Positions 1 through 9,445 of a DNA stretch of 64,000 nucleotides are shown here, piece by piece. Under the pieces are notes generated by a model, which had not been told where the DNA came from, made no database searches, and saw only the letters and a list, made by a program, of their open reading frames with translations. The DNA comes from Bdellovibrionales bacterium (GTDB taxonomy: Bacteria; Bdellovibrionota; Bdellovibrionia; Bdellovibrionales; UBA1609). Both the position numbers and the translations under genes were made by a program. Where the stretch lies: the NCBI GenBank assembly GCA_041690295.1, contig JAWLHR010000005.1, forward strand, positions 32,001 to 96,000, in the 5' to 3' direction. The stretch's first letter is position 1. Every line of letters begins with the position of its first letter.

Positions 1-175
1 GATCGTAAATGCCAAAGAACGGATGGTAAACGGGCGGAAGCCGGTTAATTGAAGTGATCTCGATGACCTCTTTGATTTTCTGCACGTTGAATACAAAAGG
101 ACAAGGGCACCCATGAGTCGGTTCAAAGGGAAGAAAAAACTCCAAATTGGCGAAGTTGTCGGTTTTTTGGGTCAT
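1..175 (-). CDS. CheW/CheV-like chemotaxis coupling protein, N-terminal part (runs off window start)
   Basis: Manual translation from ATG at 175: MTQKTDNFANLEFFLP...FVFNVQKIKEVIEITSINRLPPVYHPFFGIYD, a CheW-type pattern. ATGA overlap with the upstream cheW stop. Confidence 0.7.
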   Translation of the reverse strand, partial: MTQKTDNFANLEFFLPFEPTHGCPCPFVFNVQKIKEVIEITSINRLPPVYHPFFGIYD

Positions 176-645
176 GCGATCATCTCACGGATATTGCTGA
201 AAAACTCATGGCTCAGGATTTTATGAATTTTGCCCTCGATTTCGATTTCGGAGCTTTGACCAAAGGCTTCCGGACTGATTAACCGTTTTTGGACCTTATC
301 AGCGCAGATCGCGAACGCCCCATCGGGAACGCGGAAGACGATCATGCGCTCACTATGAATCGGTTTTCCCGTCGGTGGAACTTCACCCGATAGGAGGCAG
401 TGGAGGCAATAAACGGGAACAACCTCTCCGCGCATGTTAATAATGCCCACGTGAGCGCCCCGGTTCTCGGGGTAGGGAATAATCACATCGGTCTCGATCA
501 CCTCGGAGAGATACTCGAAATCACAGACAAAGCGGCGATCGTGATATTCGATCGCCAGAGCCGGCACGGTATTTTCCCTTAAAGCCGCGTCCGTAGTAGC
601 GGACGAGGATTGCTTTTCGAAGATTTCAGCTAGCCATTGCGACAT
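172..645 (-). CDS. cheW: chemotaxis protein CheW
   Basis: LSEVIE...IPYP...VGIINMRGEVVPV motif. Start re-chosen at MSQWLAE (645); directly downstream of cheA. Confidence 0.85.
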   Translation of the reverse strand: MSQWLAEIFEKQSSSATTDAALRENTVPALAIEYHDRRFVCDFEYLSEVIETDVIIPYPENRGAHVGIINMRGEVVPVYCLHCLLSGEVPPTGKPIHSERMIVFRVPDGAFAICADKVQKRLISPEAFGQSSEIEIEGKIHKILSHEFFSNIREMIA

Positions 646-2362
646 GAGTGCACCTTTGCTGAATGAGTTTATTGGGTGAGAGAAGGAATATCGGGCGGCC
701 ATCGGCCAGAATCGAAACACCCGAGACATACGGAAGCGACAACGCCAGAGGCGGAATTGGCTTAATCACCACTTCCTGATTGTGACTGATTCCGCTCACC
801 ACCAGGCCTGAATACTTGCATGCGGAACCATCCTCGCCTGTGCGCACGACAAGGAGGGAAACTTTCCGTTCGATGATACTTAACTCCTCCCTTTCCGTCC
901 GCGGAAATAATTTGGTCATATCGAACACCGGAATGGGTTCGCCCCGGAAGTTGTAAAAACGCTCCGGACCGTTCGGCTTAAGTTCGGATTGATCCAGGGT
1001 GTGGGCTTCGATGATATCCGTGTGCGGAATCGCGTATTCCATGCCGTTAATCGTGCAAATCAGGGAATTCAAGACGGAAACGCTCAAGGGAATGCGAATC
1101 AAGAAGGTCGACCCCACGTCCACCGAGGATTTAACTTCAATGCGGCCGGAGAGCGCTTCGATTTGCGTTTTGACCGCGTCCATACCGACGCCGCGGCCGC
1201 TGATTTCACTGACGCTTTCAGCGGTGGAGAAACCGGATTCGAAAATCAGATTGATGGCTTGCTCGTCCGAGACCTGGGCCGCGTGTGAAAGCCCGCGCTT
1301 GATCGCGGTTTGGCGCAAGACTTCGGGATCAAGTCCCTTGCCGTCGTCAATGACGGAAATCACGACTTCGGCGCCGCTGATTTCGGCTGTCAGCTGAATT
1401 TTACCCGTGGGATCTTTGCCTTTGGCTTTTCGAACATCGGGCGGCTCGATGCCGTGATCCATGGCGTTTCGGATTAAGTGGATGAGTGGATCCGCTAAAG
1501 AATCCACGATCCGTTTGTCGAGTTCGATGTTTTCGCCTCGACTTTCAAACTCAATGGATTTGCCATGGGAGTGGACGAATTGTTGAACCACGCGTGACAT
1601 TCTTTGGAAAACTCCGCTTAACGTCACCATTCGAAGATCCATCACCTGTGATTCAAGATCTCCAATCAGCCGGCGAAGCGAGGAGTCGAGTGATTCCCAC
1701 GTTCTTAAGAGGGCGGGCGCCTCCTGCAGATGGGGTCGGGACTGTTCAATCAGATAACTCATGCGGTTTCGTGCCATGAAGGCTTCCCAAATTCCCGCGA
1801 GCACGGTATCAACTTTGGCAAGGGGAACACGCACCGTGGCGGACGCTGGTTGCGGTTCGGGCACTGGCGCGGGCTTTGGTTGTTCTTTTATTTCTTCTTT
1901 GGCTTCGACTTTGACTTCTTCTTTTTCCGGTTTTTTCTCTTCCCCAAAAAATTGCTCCACCGTTAATTCCGCGATGGCGAATTCGTCTTCGAGAGAAGGT
2001 GAGGTCTCGCCCGCGGTCGGCTGCGGTGGAATTGTGATCGGGATATCTGAAGGTGTTTTGGCCTCGCGCGCCTGTTGGATTAGACCTTCAAAGCCTTGGG
2101 TGGCTTCCTGTAGCCAAAGGTAAAATTCCTTTCCATGCCGGCTTCCGTCCTGTCCGCAAAGGTTCTCCAGTTGATGGCACGCGTCCTGGGCGGATTTCAT
2201 TTCGAAAACGCCGAATCCGCCCTTTAAGGTGTGCAAAGCCCTTAACAGACGTTTGAAGGACTCTTCATCGTCCGGTTGCATGACCAAGACATCCAAAGCC
2301 CCTTGGATGGCTTGGAGATTTTCTTCCGCTTCGAGTAGAAACTCGAGAAAAAGATCATCCAT
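626..2362 (-). CDS. cheA: chemotaxis histidine kinase CheA
   Basis: Hpt (LLRALHTLKG), HLIRNAMDHGIE, DDGKG, FESGFSTA..VSEISGRGVGMDAVK, C-terminal CheW domain. Confidence 0.97.
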   Translation of the reverse strand: MDDLFLEFLLEAEENLQAIQGALDVLVMQPDDEESFKRLLRALHTLKGGFGVFEMKSAQDACHQLENLCGQDGSRHGKEFYLWLQEATQGFEGLIQQAREAKTPSDIPITIPPQPTAGETSPSLEDEFAIAELTVEQFFGEEKKPEKEEVKVEAKEEIKEQPKPAPVPEPQPASATVRVPLAKVDTVLAGIWEAFMARNRMSYLIEQSRPHLQEAPALLRTWESLDSSLRRLIGDLESQVMDLRMVTLSGVFQRMSRVVQQFVHSHGKSIEFESRGENIELDKRIVDSLADPLIHLIRNAMDHGIEPPDVRKAKGKDPTGKIQLTAEISGAEVVISVIDDGKGLDPEVLRQTAIKRGLSHAAQVSDEQAINLIFESGFSTAESVSEISGRGVGMDAVKTQIEALSGRIEVKSSVDVGSTFLIRIPLSVSVLNSLICTINGMEYAIPHTDIIEAHTLDQSELKPNGPERFYNFRGEPIPVFDMTKLFPRTEREELSIIERKVSLLVVRTGEDGSACKYSGLVVSGISHNQEVVIKPIPPLALSLPYVSGVSILADGRPIFLLSPNKLIQQRCTHVAMAS

Positions 2363-2665
2363 CTAGGCCGCTCGCTTTGAACTTTCGGCTGTGATTCGGG
2401 CCAGGTGATCCACCGACTGTCGTAACGACTGGCATGCCAGATCCACCGCCTCGATGGATTTTTGCGAACGCTCCGCCAGTCGACCAACTTCATCGGCGAC
2501 CACGGCGAATCCTTTTCCGGCTTGGCCCGCGCGGGCGGCCTCGATGGACGCGTTCAACGCCAGCAGATCCGTTTTGTTGGCGATGTCCCGGACCACGTTC
2601 AGCATCTGTTCAATCTCGTGAACCGATTTTTTGAGTTGTTCAAAATGTTCGTTGAGTTGACTCAT
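2363..2665 (-). CDS. minimal soluble methyl-accepting chemotaxis signalling-tip protein
   Basis: [36 protein letters not shown] in a 100-aa protein with no TM, HAMP or sensor region. Confidence 0.9.
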   Translation of the reverse strand: MSQLNEHFEQLKKSVHEIEQMLNVVRDIANKTDLLALNASIEAARAGQAGKGFAVVADEVGRLAERSQKSIEAVDLACQSLRQSVDHLARITAESSKRAA

Positions 2666-2674
2666 GACTTTCTC

Positions 2675-3409
2675 CTATGCGGCCGCGCCGACGCGCAAAG
2701 TTTCAAACCAAGACAAAAAGTTATTCACATCTTCACCCTTGAAAATGGAACCGTGTTGCGGACAGAGCAAATCGATCTCAAGTCGCGCCACCCTACGGCA
2801 CCAGTCCAGCTTCGCTTCGTTGGAAGGCATCCACCGACGATGGAACCCTTCCATGTACTGAATGTGGTTACTGAAATTTTTGACGATAATATCGTAGTTG
2901 TCAGGAACGAGGGCCGCGCCCACGTCTCCTGAGAACAGGATTTTCGCTTTGGCGTCGTACAGGTGAAAGTTCCCCGAAGAATGCAGAAAATGGGCGGGCA
3001 CAAGTTGCAGCGGATGATCGCCCAACATGATCGTGCATCCTTCATCTTTTACGGTGATGAAATTTTCATGAAATTCATAACCGAAGTGACTGACGAATCC
3101 TTTCCACAGCCAGGACATATACACCTTGGCGTGCGGCGCGAGTTCCATCCAAAGTGGAAGAGAGCTCATGATATCGGGATCCTGGTGACTGCAGAGAAAT
3201 CCTTCGATGTTGTGAACTTCCACGAACTCGGACAATTGACTTAAAACCGAGGGAAATATTTCGGTGCCACCCGGGTCCATCACAAAGGCTTTGCCTTTAT
3301 GAATGACCACGAACTGGTTCGTATCAATGACCTGTTCCGCCTTGTTGGGGTCACGACCGAAGTAAATCCATTGTGTATCTCCGTCGTCATACAACGTCTT
3401 ATGCTGCAT
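2675..3409 (-). CDS. MBL-fold di-iron protein (ODP/FprA N-domain-like, oxygen-binding di-iron protein)
   Basis: SHQDPD, HFLHSSGN, FSGD and PQHG metal-ligand motifs; no flavodoxin domain; lies between receptor genes. Confidence 0.85.
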   Translation of the reverse strand: MQHKTLYDDGDTQWIYFGRDPNKAEQVIDTNQFVVIHKGKAFVMDPGGTEIFPSVLSQLSEFVEVHNIEGFLCSHQDPDIMSSLPLWMELAPHAKVYMSWLWKGFVSHFGYEFHENFITVKDEGCTIMLGDHPLQLVPAHFLHSSGNFHLYDAKAKILFSGDVGAALVPDNYDIIVKNFSNHIQYMEGFHRRWMPSNEAKLDWCRRVARLEIDLLCPQHGSIFKGEDVNNFLSWFETLRVGAAA

Positions 3410-4073
3410 GATAGTACTCTCCTTGGTACGATTTCAGCTCGGCGCGAATTTCTCCACAGTGCCGGATTAGTTTTCGATATTCGTTTTGTTGTTCTTTGAG
3501 TTTCTCTCCGGCGGCCGCGACGGCGTTTCCGATATTCGAGAAAAAGATTTCTTCCTCGTCGCCCGATTGAGCGGCTTCCATTCGCAGATTGATCGCCAAA
3601 GACCAGAGTCTTTCGGCCTGTTGCGCGATCTTTTCACTTAAACCTTCGGTTTTGAAACAAAGGGTTTCAATTTCATCCACGTGCTCAAAAACCGCGGCTT
3701 CCATTTTTTTGATCGTACGTTGCACGGTCGCCGTGTTCTTTCCGCAACCGAGAAGTTCGGCTTCGTAGATCTTTCTGATCTGCAGGGACCGCTTCAGGCA
3801 CTCCAAACTTAGGTTTGAGATTTGGGTGCCGATTTTTCGAATCAAGAGCGACTCCATCTCCATCACTTTGGACGAGCGCGCGATTTGTTTGGCGATTTCA
3901 TTGAACGCCCGTTTGCCGGTTTCAACGTGACTGGACGAAATGCCGGATCGTAATGAAATCTGATAAACTTCACTGATCGTTTGGTTAACGCGGCTCGTGC
4001 TTTCTCTGAGCTGATTACAGATCAAAAAAAGTTGCCGGACTTTCGCACGAAAGCTGTTCAAATTCGCCGTCAT
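3399..4073 (-). CDS. coiled-coil protein with two degenerate MCP-tip-like segments
   Basis: QISLRSGISSSHVETGKRAFNEIAKQI and SLAINLRMEAAQSGDEEEIFFSNI resemble LALNAxIEAARAG.xGxGFxVVA. First gene of the che operon. Confidence 0.65.
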   Translation of the reverse strand: MTANLNSFRAKVRQLFLICNQLRESTSRVNQTISEVYQISLRSGISSSHVETGKRAFNEIAKQIARSSKVMEMESLLIRKIGTQISNLSLECLKRSLQIRKIYEAELLGCGKNTATVQRTIKKMEAAVFEHVDEIETLCFKTEGLSEKIAQQAERLWSLAINLRMEAAQSGDEEEIFFSNIGNAVAAAGEKLKEQQNEYRKLIRHCGEIRAELKSYQGEYYHAA

Positions 4074-4131
4074 GAAAGCCTCTCTTCCGCGTTAAGTTTT
4101 CGGAAATTAGAAATCAAGATCGAGGCCAGAT

Positions 4132-4158
4132 TTAAGTTCCATTGAACAGCGCCGATAA
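4132..4158 (+). promoter_or_regulatory. sigma28 (FliA)-type promoter
   Basis: TTAAGTTC-N11-GCCGATAA upstream of cheY. Confidence 0.75.
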
Positions 4159-4174
4159 AAAAATGGGACACTTT

Positions 4175-4597
4175 ATGGATATTTCCGGCATTCGATTTCT
4201 AGTGGTGGATGATATGCAGCTCATGCGGAAGCTGGTTTCGCAGGAGCTCGCCCGATTGGGCGCCAAACGCATAGAACTGGCCGAGGATGGCCGCCAAGCC
4301 ATCGAAATCTTAAAAAACACCGCATTGGCCAGGGATCCGATTCAGTTCGTGGTGAGCGATTGGAACATGCCGAATATGAGTGGCCTGGAACTTCTCAAAG
4401 TCGTCAGGAAAATTTCGGTTTATAAAGACATTCCATTCCTCATGGTCACGGCGGAGGCTCTGGTCAATCAAGTTCAAGAAGCCATTGCCAGCGGTGTGGA
4501 TAACTACGTGGTTAAGCCCTTCAGTCCGGCTCAGTTCGAAGAAAAATTTAAACAAGTCTACAACAAACGCTTTGGCGCCAAGGCCAAGGCGGGTTAA
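4175..4597 (+). CDS. cheY: chemotaxis response regulator CheY
   Basis: FLVVDD, SDWNMPNMSG, VTAEA, YVVKPFS. Start at 4175 or 4163. Confidence 0.9.
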   Translation: MDISGIRFLVVDDMQLMRKLVSQELARLGAKRIELAEDGRQAIEILKNTALARDPIQFVVSDWNMPNMSGLELLKVVRKISVYKDIPFLMVTAEALVNQVQEAIASGVDNYVVKPFSPAQFEEKFKQVYNKRFGAKAKAG

Positions 4598-4697
4598 TCA
4601 CCGTAACTCGCCGTCTCAAATTTCGATTTTTTCTAAACGTTACGATTGAGCATGCAAGCGAATCCGCGCTATGTAGTCCCCTTTTCTGGGAGGGGGA

Positions 4698-6035
4698 ATG
4701 GCTCGCTGGCTTGGATTGTATCTTCCTTTAATGATGGCGTCGTCCGTGGGTGTGGAAGCGCGATTGAAACCCGACGCGGTTCTTTATGGTGTTGTTCCGC
4801 CGATGTTTGGTTCACCTCCACTGAGGTCGATTCTTAACAAACTCGATGACCTTCGGGATTTGGGTGTCGATGTGATCTGGCTGCTTCCGATCAATGACAC
4901 GGACGATCCTGGTCACATCAGTTACGCGATCACTGATTACTTTAAGATTCGCCCGGACTTCGGATCGCTGGAAGATTTGCGTGAATTGACTCGTAAAGCC
5001 CATGAGCGTGGGATGATGGTGATCATGGATTTCGTGCCCAATCACACCTCCAACCAGCATCCTTATTTTCTCGATGCGACGGATCGTGGTTCCGAATCTC
5101 CTTATTACAATTTTTATGATCGCGACTCGGCGGGAAAACCCACCTATTATTTCAACTGGTACCATTTGCCGAATTTGAATTTTTCCAATCCGGATGTCAT
5201 CGGGCACATCACTTCCGCCTTTGAGTATTGGATCCGCTCCGCCGACATCGATGGATTTCGGGTGGATGTCGCGTGGGGCATACATGATCGTCGGCCCGAA
5301 TATTGGGCTGAACTTAACCAACAGTTGCGAAAATTAAAGTCGCACGCGTTCATGCTGGCCGAGGCTGGCGCTCGCGACACCTACTATTTTGAAAATGGAT
5401 TTGATGCCGCGTACGACTGGACGGATTCCTTGGGTGAATGGGCCTGGAAAGAAGCTTTTGATCATCCGGAAAAGGCTGGGATCAAACTCGCGGAAGCTTT
5501 GCGAAAGAACTCCGATCCGTCGAGAGTTGTCCGATTTCTGAACAACAACGACACGGGCGATCGCTTTCTCACCCGGTACGGGCTGGATTTCACCAAGGCC
5601 GCGGTGATCTTGCAATTTTCAGTCGCGGGTCTGCCGACTTTATTCTGCGGTGATGAAGTTGGCGCGGAGTTTTCGCCCTATGAGGATCCTCCGCCCATCG
5701 ATTGGCGGGACCCGATGAATCTGAGACCCTTTTACAAAAAATTGATTCAACTTCGAAAGCAAGAAGCCGCTCTTCATTCCGGCGAGATGGAAATTCTTTC
5801 GCATGAAGGATCTGAATCCGTAATCGCCTTCACGCGCAAATCCGATCATCACCGGCTCTTGGCGTTAATCAATTTCGGTGAGATGGCGAAAGTGAAAGTG
5901 AAGGTTCAGACAACCGCGGACCGGTTTATGGACTTGGTGAGTGGCGAAATGATCACGGCGTCCCTTGCTGAAGGAGTTCATTCGTTTTCGTTGCCCGCTA
6001 AATCCGGCTTTATCCTTAGAATACCGGAAAACTGA
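4698..6035 (+). CDS. GH13 alpha-amylase family glycosidase, probably exported
   Basis: DFVPNH, GFRVDVA, LAE and FLNNND conserved regions; N-terminal signal-like sequence. Confidence 0.9.
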   Translation: MARWLGLYLPLMMASSVGVEARLKPDAVLYGVVPPMFGSPPLRSILNKLDDLRDLGVDVIWLLPINDTDDPGHISYAITDYFKIRPDFGSLEDLRELTRKAHERGMMVIMDFVPNHTSNQHPYFLDATDRGSESPYYNFYDRDSAGKPTYYFNWYHLPNLNFSNPDVIGHITSAFEYWIRSADIDGFRVDVAWGIHDRRPEYWAELNQQLRKLKSHAFMLAEAGARDTYYFENGFDAAYDWTDSLGEWAWKEAFDHPEKAGIKLAEALRKNSDPSRVVRFLNNNDTGDRFLTRYGLDFTKAAVILQFSVAGLPTLFCGDEVGAEFSPYEDPPPIDWRDPMNLRPFYKKLIQLRKQEAALHSGEMEILSHEGSESVIAFTRKSDHHRLLALINFGEMAKVKVKVQTTADRFMDLVSGEMITASLAEGVHSFSLPAKSGFILRIPEN

Positions 6036-6046
6036 ACCTGATCTGA

Positions 6047-6062
6047 TGGCATGAGGAATGCA
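6047..6062 (+). promoter_or_regulatory. sigma54 -24/-12 motif
   Basis: TGGCATGAGGAATGCA (GG-N10-GC). Confidence 0.55.
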
Positions 6063-6077
6063 GCCCGTTTCGGGTTA

Positions 6078-7385
6078 ATGAATCTTGTGACTTTACTCAG
6101 AGAGCTTTCAGATCGGACGGGACTTCCTGCCCGCGATGCGGAATTTGCCGCCAAGCTGGCGATGCGGACAATGCTCCGCCGCGTGACTGAAGAAGCCGCC
6201 AATGAGGTGATTTCGTACCTCCCGACCGAGTGGTCCGACTTTTTTGAAGAAATGCCTTACCTGGACACGAGCGTCACTTCCGCGACTGTATTAAATAAAA
6301 TTGGAAGGGCATTGAGAATACCCACGGAACGCGCGCTCCGGCTATTGCCGGATTTGACTCTCGCCATCGCGCAGTTTGTGCCGACGGAAGTCTTATATCG
6401 TGCGTTTTCGCAGCTTCCCTATGAAATGCGCGAAAAAATCGATATCGGCGATGACCGCCTCTACGAAAAGGATATTGATATCTATACGATACGCCCGCGA
6501 CTCCCACCGAAACGAGCTTCGGATATCGAGGCCTTTTTGAACAAGAAGGTCATTGTATTAAAGCACAATGACACCTTGCGCTCGGCTTCATTGGCGATGG
6601 CGGAAAACAACGTGGGCTGTGTTTTGGTTTCAAACGCAAAAGGACGGTTTGTCGGGGTGCTGACCGACAGGGATTTGGCTTGCGCGGTGGCGGTGGTTCA
6701 AGACGGACTCAATGCCCCAATATCGGAGGCGATGACGGAGGAATTCGTTTCGGTGGACCGTGAGGCTTCATTGGAAGAAGTGGTGGATAAAATGATTTAC
6801 CATGGCATCCGCCGAATTCCCATTATTGAGCCCATCAGCACGACGCGATCGAAGTGCGTCGGCATCATCACTCTTGATGACCTCTTGGCGGCGGAAGCGA
6901 TTTCACTGGAAGAAGCGAGTCAAATCGCCATGAAACAAATCCATCCGATTCCGCACCGGCCGAGCCGGGCTGTTTACCGCTCCGTCGCACGCAAACAACA
7001 AACGGCGTTGAGATTCCGCAAGACTCTCGCGCAAAGGTTGCGACTGGATGAAGAAAAGGCCGAAGGTGTGGCGCGAATCGTGTTGCGCATGTTCGTGCGC
7101 CGGATAAATACGGACGAAGCTTCGCACTTGATTTCTCAGCTTCCCGCCCTTTGGCAAGATGAGCTATTTGATCTACCGGCAGGCCCGGACCGTAGTATTC
7201 GCGCCTCTGATATTATCCGCCGTATTTGCAGCTATCTGGATGTCTCGGAAGATGAAGCCGAAGTGGTTTTTGCCCGCGTGGTGAGCGCGCTCGGCGAGTT
7301 GATCTCGGGCGGTGAGATCTCCGATGTTCTGTCGCAGATGCCGAAGGATATCCAACGAATCGCCACCGCGGATCGGTTTTTATAA
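6078..7385 (+). CDS. DUF2267-like / CBS pair / DUF2267-like fusion protein
   Basis: Central CBS pair (GVLTDRDL, GIRRIPI, GIITLDDLL). Flanking repeats LRR...EEA..VISYLP and RRI..DEA.HLISQLP...DVLSQMP. Start 6078 or 6051. Confidence 0.8.
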   Translation: MNLVTLLRELSDRTGLPARDAEFAAKLAMRTMLRRVTEEAANEVISYLPTEWSDFFEEMPYLDTSVTSATVLNKIGRALRIPTERALRLLPDLTLAIAQFVPTEVLYRAFSQLPYEMREKIDIGDDRLYEKDIDIYTIRPRLPPKRASDIEAFLNKKVIVLKHNDTLRSASLAMAENNVGCVLVSNAKGRFVGVLTDRDLACAVAVVQDGLNAPISEAMTEEFVSVDREASLEEVVDKMIYHGIRRIPIIEPISTTRSKCVGIITLDDLLAAEAISLEEASQIAMKQIHPIPHRPSRAVYRSVARKQQTALRFRKTLAQRLRLDEEKAEGVARIVLRMFVRRINTDEASHLISQLPALWQDELFDLPAGPDRSIRASDIIRRICSYLDVSEDEAEVVFARVVSALGELISGGEISDVLSQMPKDIQRIATADRFL

Positions 7386-8213
7386 GCTGCGCATTCGTTT
7401 TAGAAAATCATCCCAATCTTTGCCGTCGTGAATCGCGGCCATTTGCATTTGAATCGGATGATCTTTGGCCGACTCCTTCCAATCAAACCAAAAGAAATAA
7501 GCCATTGTGACCGGACCAAAATATTGCAGAAAATAGCCGATCGCCTGCCGGAAGCTGTAATCGCGAACTATTTGGGTTGATAACAGATTGCGAATGGGAA
7601 CGCGGGGAATATCTTGAAACACCGGCTGAAAGTTCAATCCTTTGGCGAGGTAACTGATCAAGTTCTTGGCGGCGTTTCGGACCAACGGAGACCCAAAGGG
7701 GAGCGCGGCGATCATGCCGATGACCGCGGAGTAAAACAAACCTTCTCCGGGATAACTGGCGGTATCAACTTGCGTGGCCAACATATCGGTTTGGAGTATC
7801 GAGATTCGCCGATTGCCCTCGTCCGTCAGCTTGCCTTTTTCATAAAGATCCTCGATCAGAAGTTGTAAGGCCGAAATATTAGTGATGTTCGGACCTTCAC
7901 GCATCAGCTTGTCACTCAGGGTTCGTGCGTATCTCGTGACATCGGAAGGATCCTCGAAACTTCCAGTCAGATACTTGTGAATCAGTTCTCCGAGCGGACT
8001 TTCCCAGAGAGATTCGACGACCTGTTTGAGTCGAGCGCTTCGCTCTTCCTTTTCAGCTTCCTCTTCCGGCGATGGCGCCTCTGGTCCTTCGCGTTCTTTT
8101 TCTTTGGTGACATCGGATTTTTTTTCTTCTTCGAAAGTGGTGCTGGGGCCGCATTTGACGGTCAGTGCGGGGAGTAAAAAACACAAAACAACAGCCGCCG
8201 AATTCAGCTTCAT
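7380..8213 (-). CDS. hypothetical lipoprotein/membrane protein
   Basis: Long ORF; MKLNSAAVVLCFLLPALTVKC signal-like start; two late hydrophobic segments. Confidence 0.65.
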   Translation of the reverse strand: MKLNSAAVVLCFLLPALTVKCGPSTTFEEEKKSDVTKEKEREGPEAPSPEEEAEKEERSARLKQVVESLWESPLGELIHKYLTGSFEDPSDVTRYARTLSDKLMREGPNITNISALQLLIEDLYEKGKLTDEGNRRISILQTDMLATQVDTASYPGEGLFYSAVIGMIAALPFGSPLVRNAAKNLISYLAKGLNFQPVFQDIPRVPIRNLLSTQIVRDYSFRQAIGYFLQYFGPVTMAYFFWFDWKESAKDHPIQMQMAAIHDGKDWDDFLKRMRSL

Positions 8214-8258
8214 TGATGTTTCAAAAAGAGCAAATCCTATTCCACGGGTATCGGCACC

Positions 8259-8273
8259 GTCTCGAATTGAAAC
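8259..8273. promoter_or_regulatory. 15-bp palindromic intergenic motif, copy 1
   Basis: GTCTCGAATTGAAAC between two divergent lipoprotein-like genes. Confidence 0.5.
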
Positions 8274-8364
8274 GTCAACCAAAATCACAAATCACTAGTT
8301 CGTTGGCGTCCCATTGGCCAATTCTGAAGATGAGCACTGGCATGGTTTGCATTACATGGACGGT

Positions 8365-8934
8365 ATGGGAACAAAAAAGCTATCGACATTGACCGCATTA
8401 GCCTTGGTAATCTTCCTGGTGGGCTGCGATGGAATGAGCTCCAAGAAAAGCAAATCACCCGCGCCCGCGAATCCTTCGGGTAATGCGGGCCCTGGCGCCG
8501 GCGGCGGCGGTTCAGGACAGGATATCGCTGCTTCGATCGCCTACTACAAAGGCGGTTTTGCCGCTCAGCCCGGTGAACCTAATTGGTCCCATGACATGCT
8601 GATCGATTTCAATCAAGTGGTTCAGGAAGGCGGTTATTTGGTGTCGGCCAAGCACACCGATCCGCTTTGCTTCAAAACCGGAGCGTTATCGTCAGTGAAA
8701 ACCCATGAACTTTTTGATCTCCTGGCTAAACTTTTGGTTTTACCCTCAACCGGGCCAATTACGCCCGATGACGGATTGGAATATGTTGAGATCACCCTCA
8801 CCACCGGAGAAAAACGAAAGTACCATTTGCTGAATGCCAACGTCCCGGCCGGTGAACTTTACGCCACGAATCCCGATGACGTCCGCACCTTTCTGCAAGG
8901 GGTAGAGGGCGGGCTGGCCGTGGCCTGCCAGTAG
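8365..8934 (+). CDS. hypothetical lipoprotein
   Basis: MGTKK...IFLVGC lipobox followed by a Gly/Pro-rich linker. Confidence 0.75.
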   Translation: MGTKKLSTLTALALVIFLVGCDGMSSKKSKSPAPANPSGNAGPGAGGGGSGQDIAASIAYYKGGFAAQPGEPNWSHDMLIDFNQVVQEGGYLVSAKHTDPLCFKTGALSSVKTHELFDLLAKLLVLPSTGPITPDDGLEYVEITLTTGEKRKYHLLNANVPAGELYATNPDDVRTFLQGVEGGLAVACQ

Positions 8935-8979
8935 GCTCCGCTTTAAGAGAAGTTATTACATCCAAATTTTCGTCCCTGG

Positions 8980-8995
8980 TGGCACGACTGTCGCA
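8980..8995 (+). promoter_or_regulatory. sigma54 -24/-12 motif
   Basis: TGGCACGACTGTCGCA upstream of the GGAGG RBS and ATG 9026. Confidence 0.6.
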
Positions 8996-9025
8996 TTTCA
9001 TTCATAGGTCAATGCGGAGGACATC

Positions 9026-9445
9026 ATGATGGCGATGAACCGGCAGAATGGGGCGTTTTTTCTTTTTATGTGGTTTGTGATCGGATCGATAACGGGAACA
9101 ATCCCGCAAGCCGCCGCGCAGATTTCCAGTCAAATCGACGAGTGGGAGCCCAAGTTCCTGGATGCCTGCACGCCCGTCGCGGCCAGGTCTCCAAATTTAA
9201 GCGAGGCGGAGGCAAGGCCGTATTGTCAGTGCCTGGCCAACGCTCATCGCAATTTTCTGATTCAGCGTGCGGAGCCGGAGCAAATCGACGTTAAGAAATA
9301 CTTGGGTACGATTTTGGAATTTTATCAGTCGCCGGAGTCGGCGCGTTCGCGGACCGACGAGTTTGCTTTAAACCTGTTGGAGCTTGACCTGGAATTGTCG
9401 GAAAAATGTCAGTCCGGCGAAGTCACGGATCCTTCGGAGAAATGA
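9026..9445 (+). CDS. hypothetical secreted Cys-containing protein
   Basis: Signal peptide; FLDAC...YCQC; GGAGG RBS. Confidence 0.7.
   Translation: MMAMNRQNGAFFLFMWFVIGSITGTIPQAAAQISSQIDEWEPKFLDACTPVAARSPNLSEAEARPYCQCLANAHRNFLIQRAEPEQIDVKKYLGTILEFYQSPESARSRTDEFALNLLELDLELSEKCQSGEVTDPSEK

Noticed and set aside
4613..4627. Possible seventh palindrome copy, GTCTCAAATTTCGAT, upstream of the GH13 gene
   Set aside because: Only the left half matches; kept out of the count.
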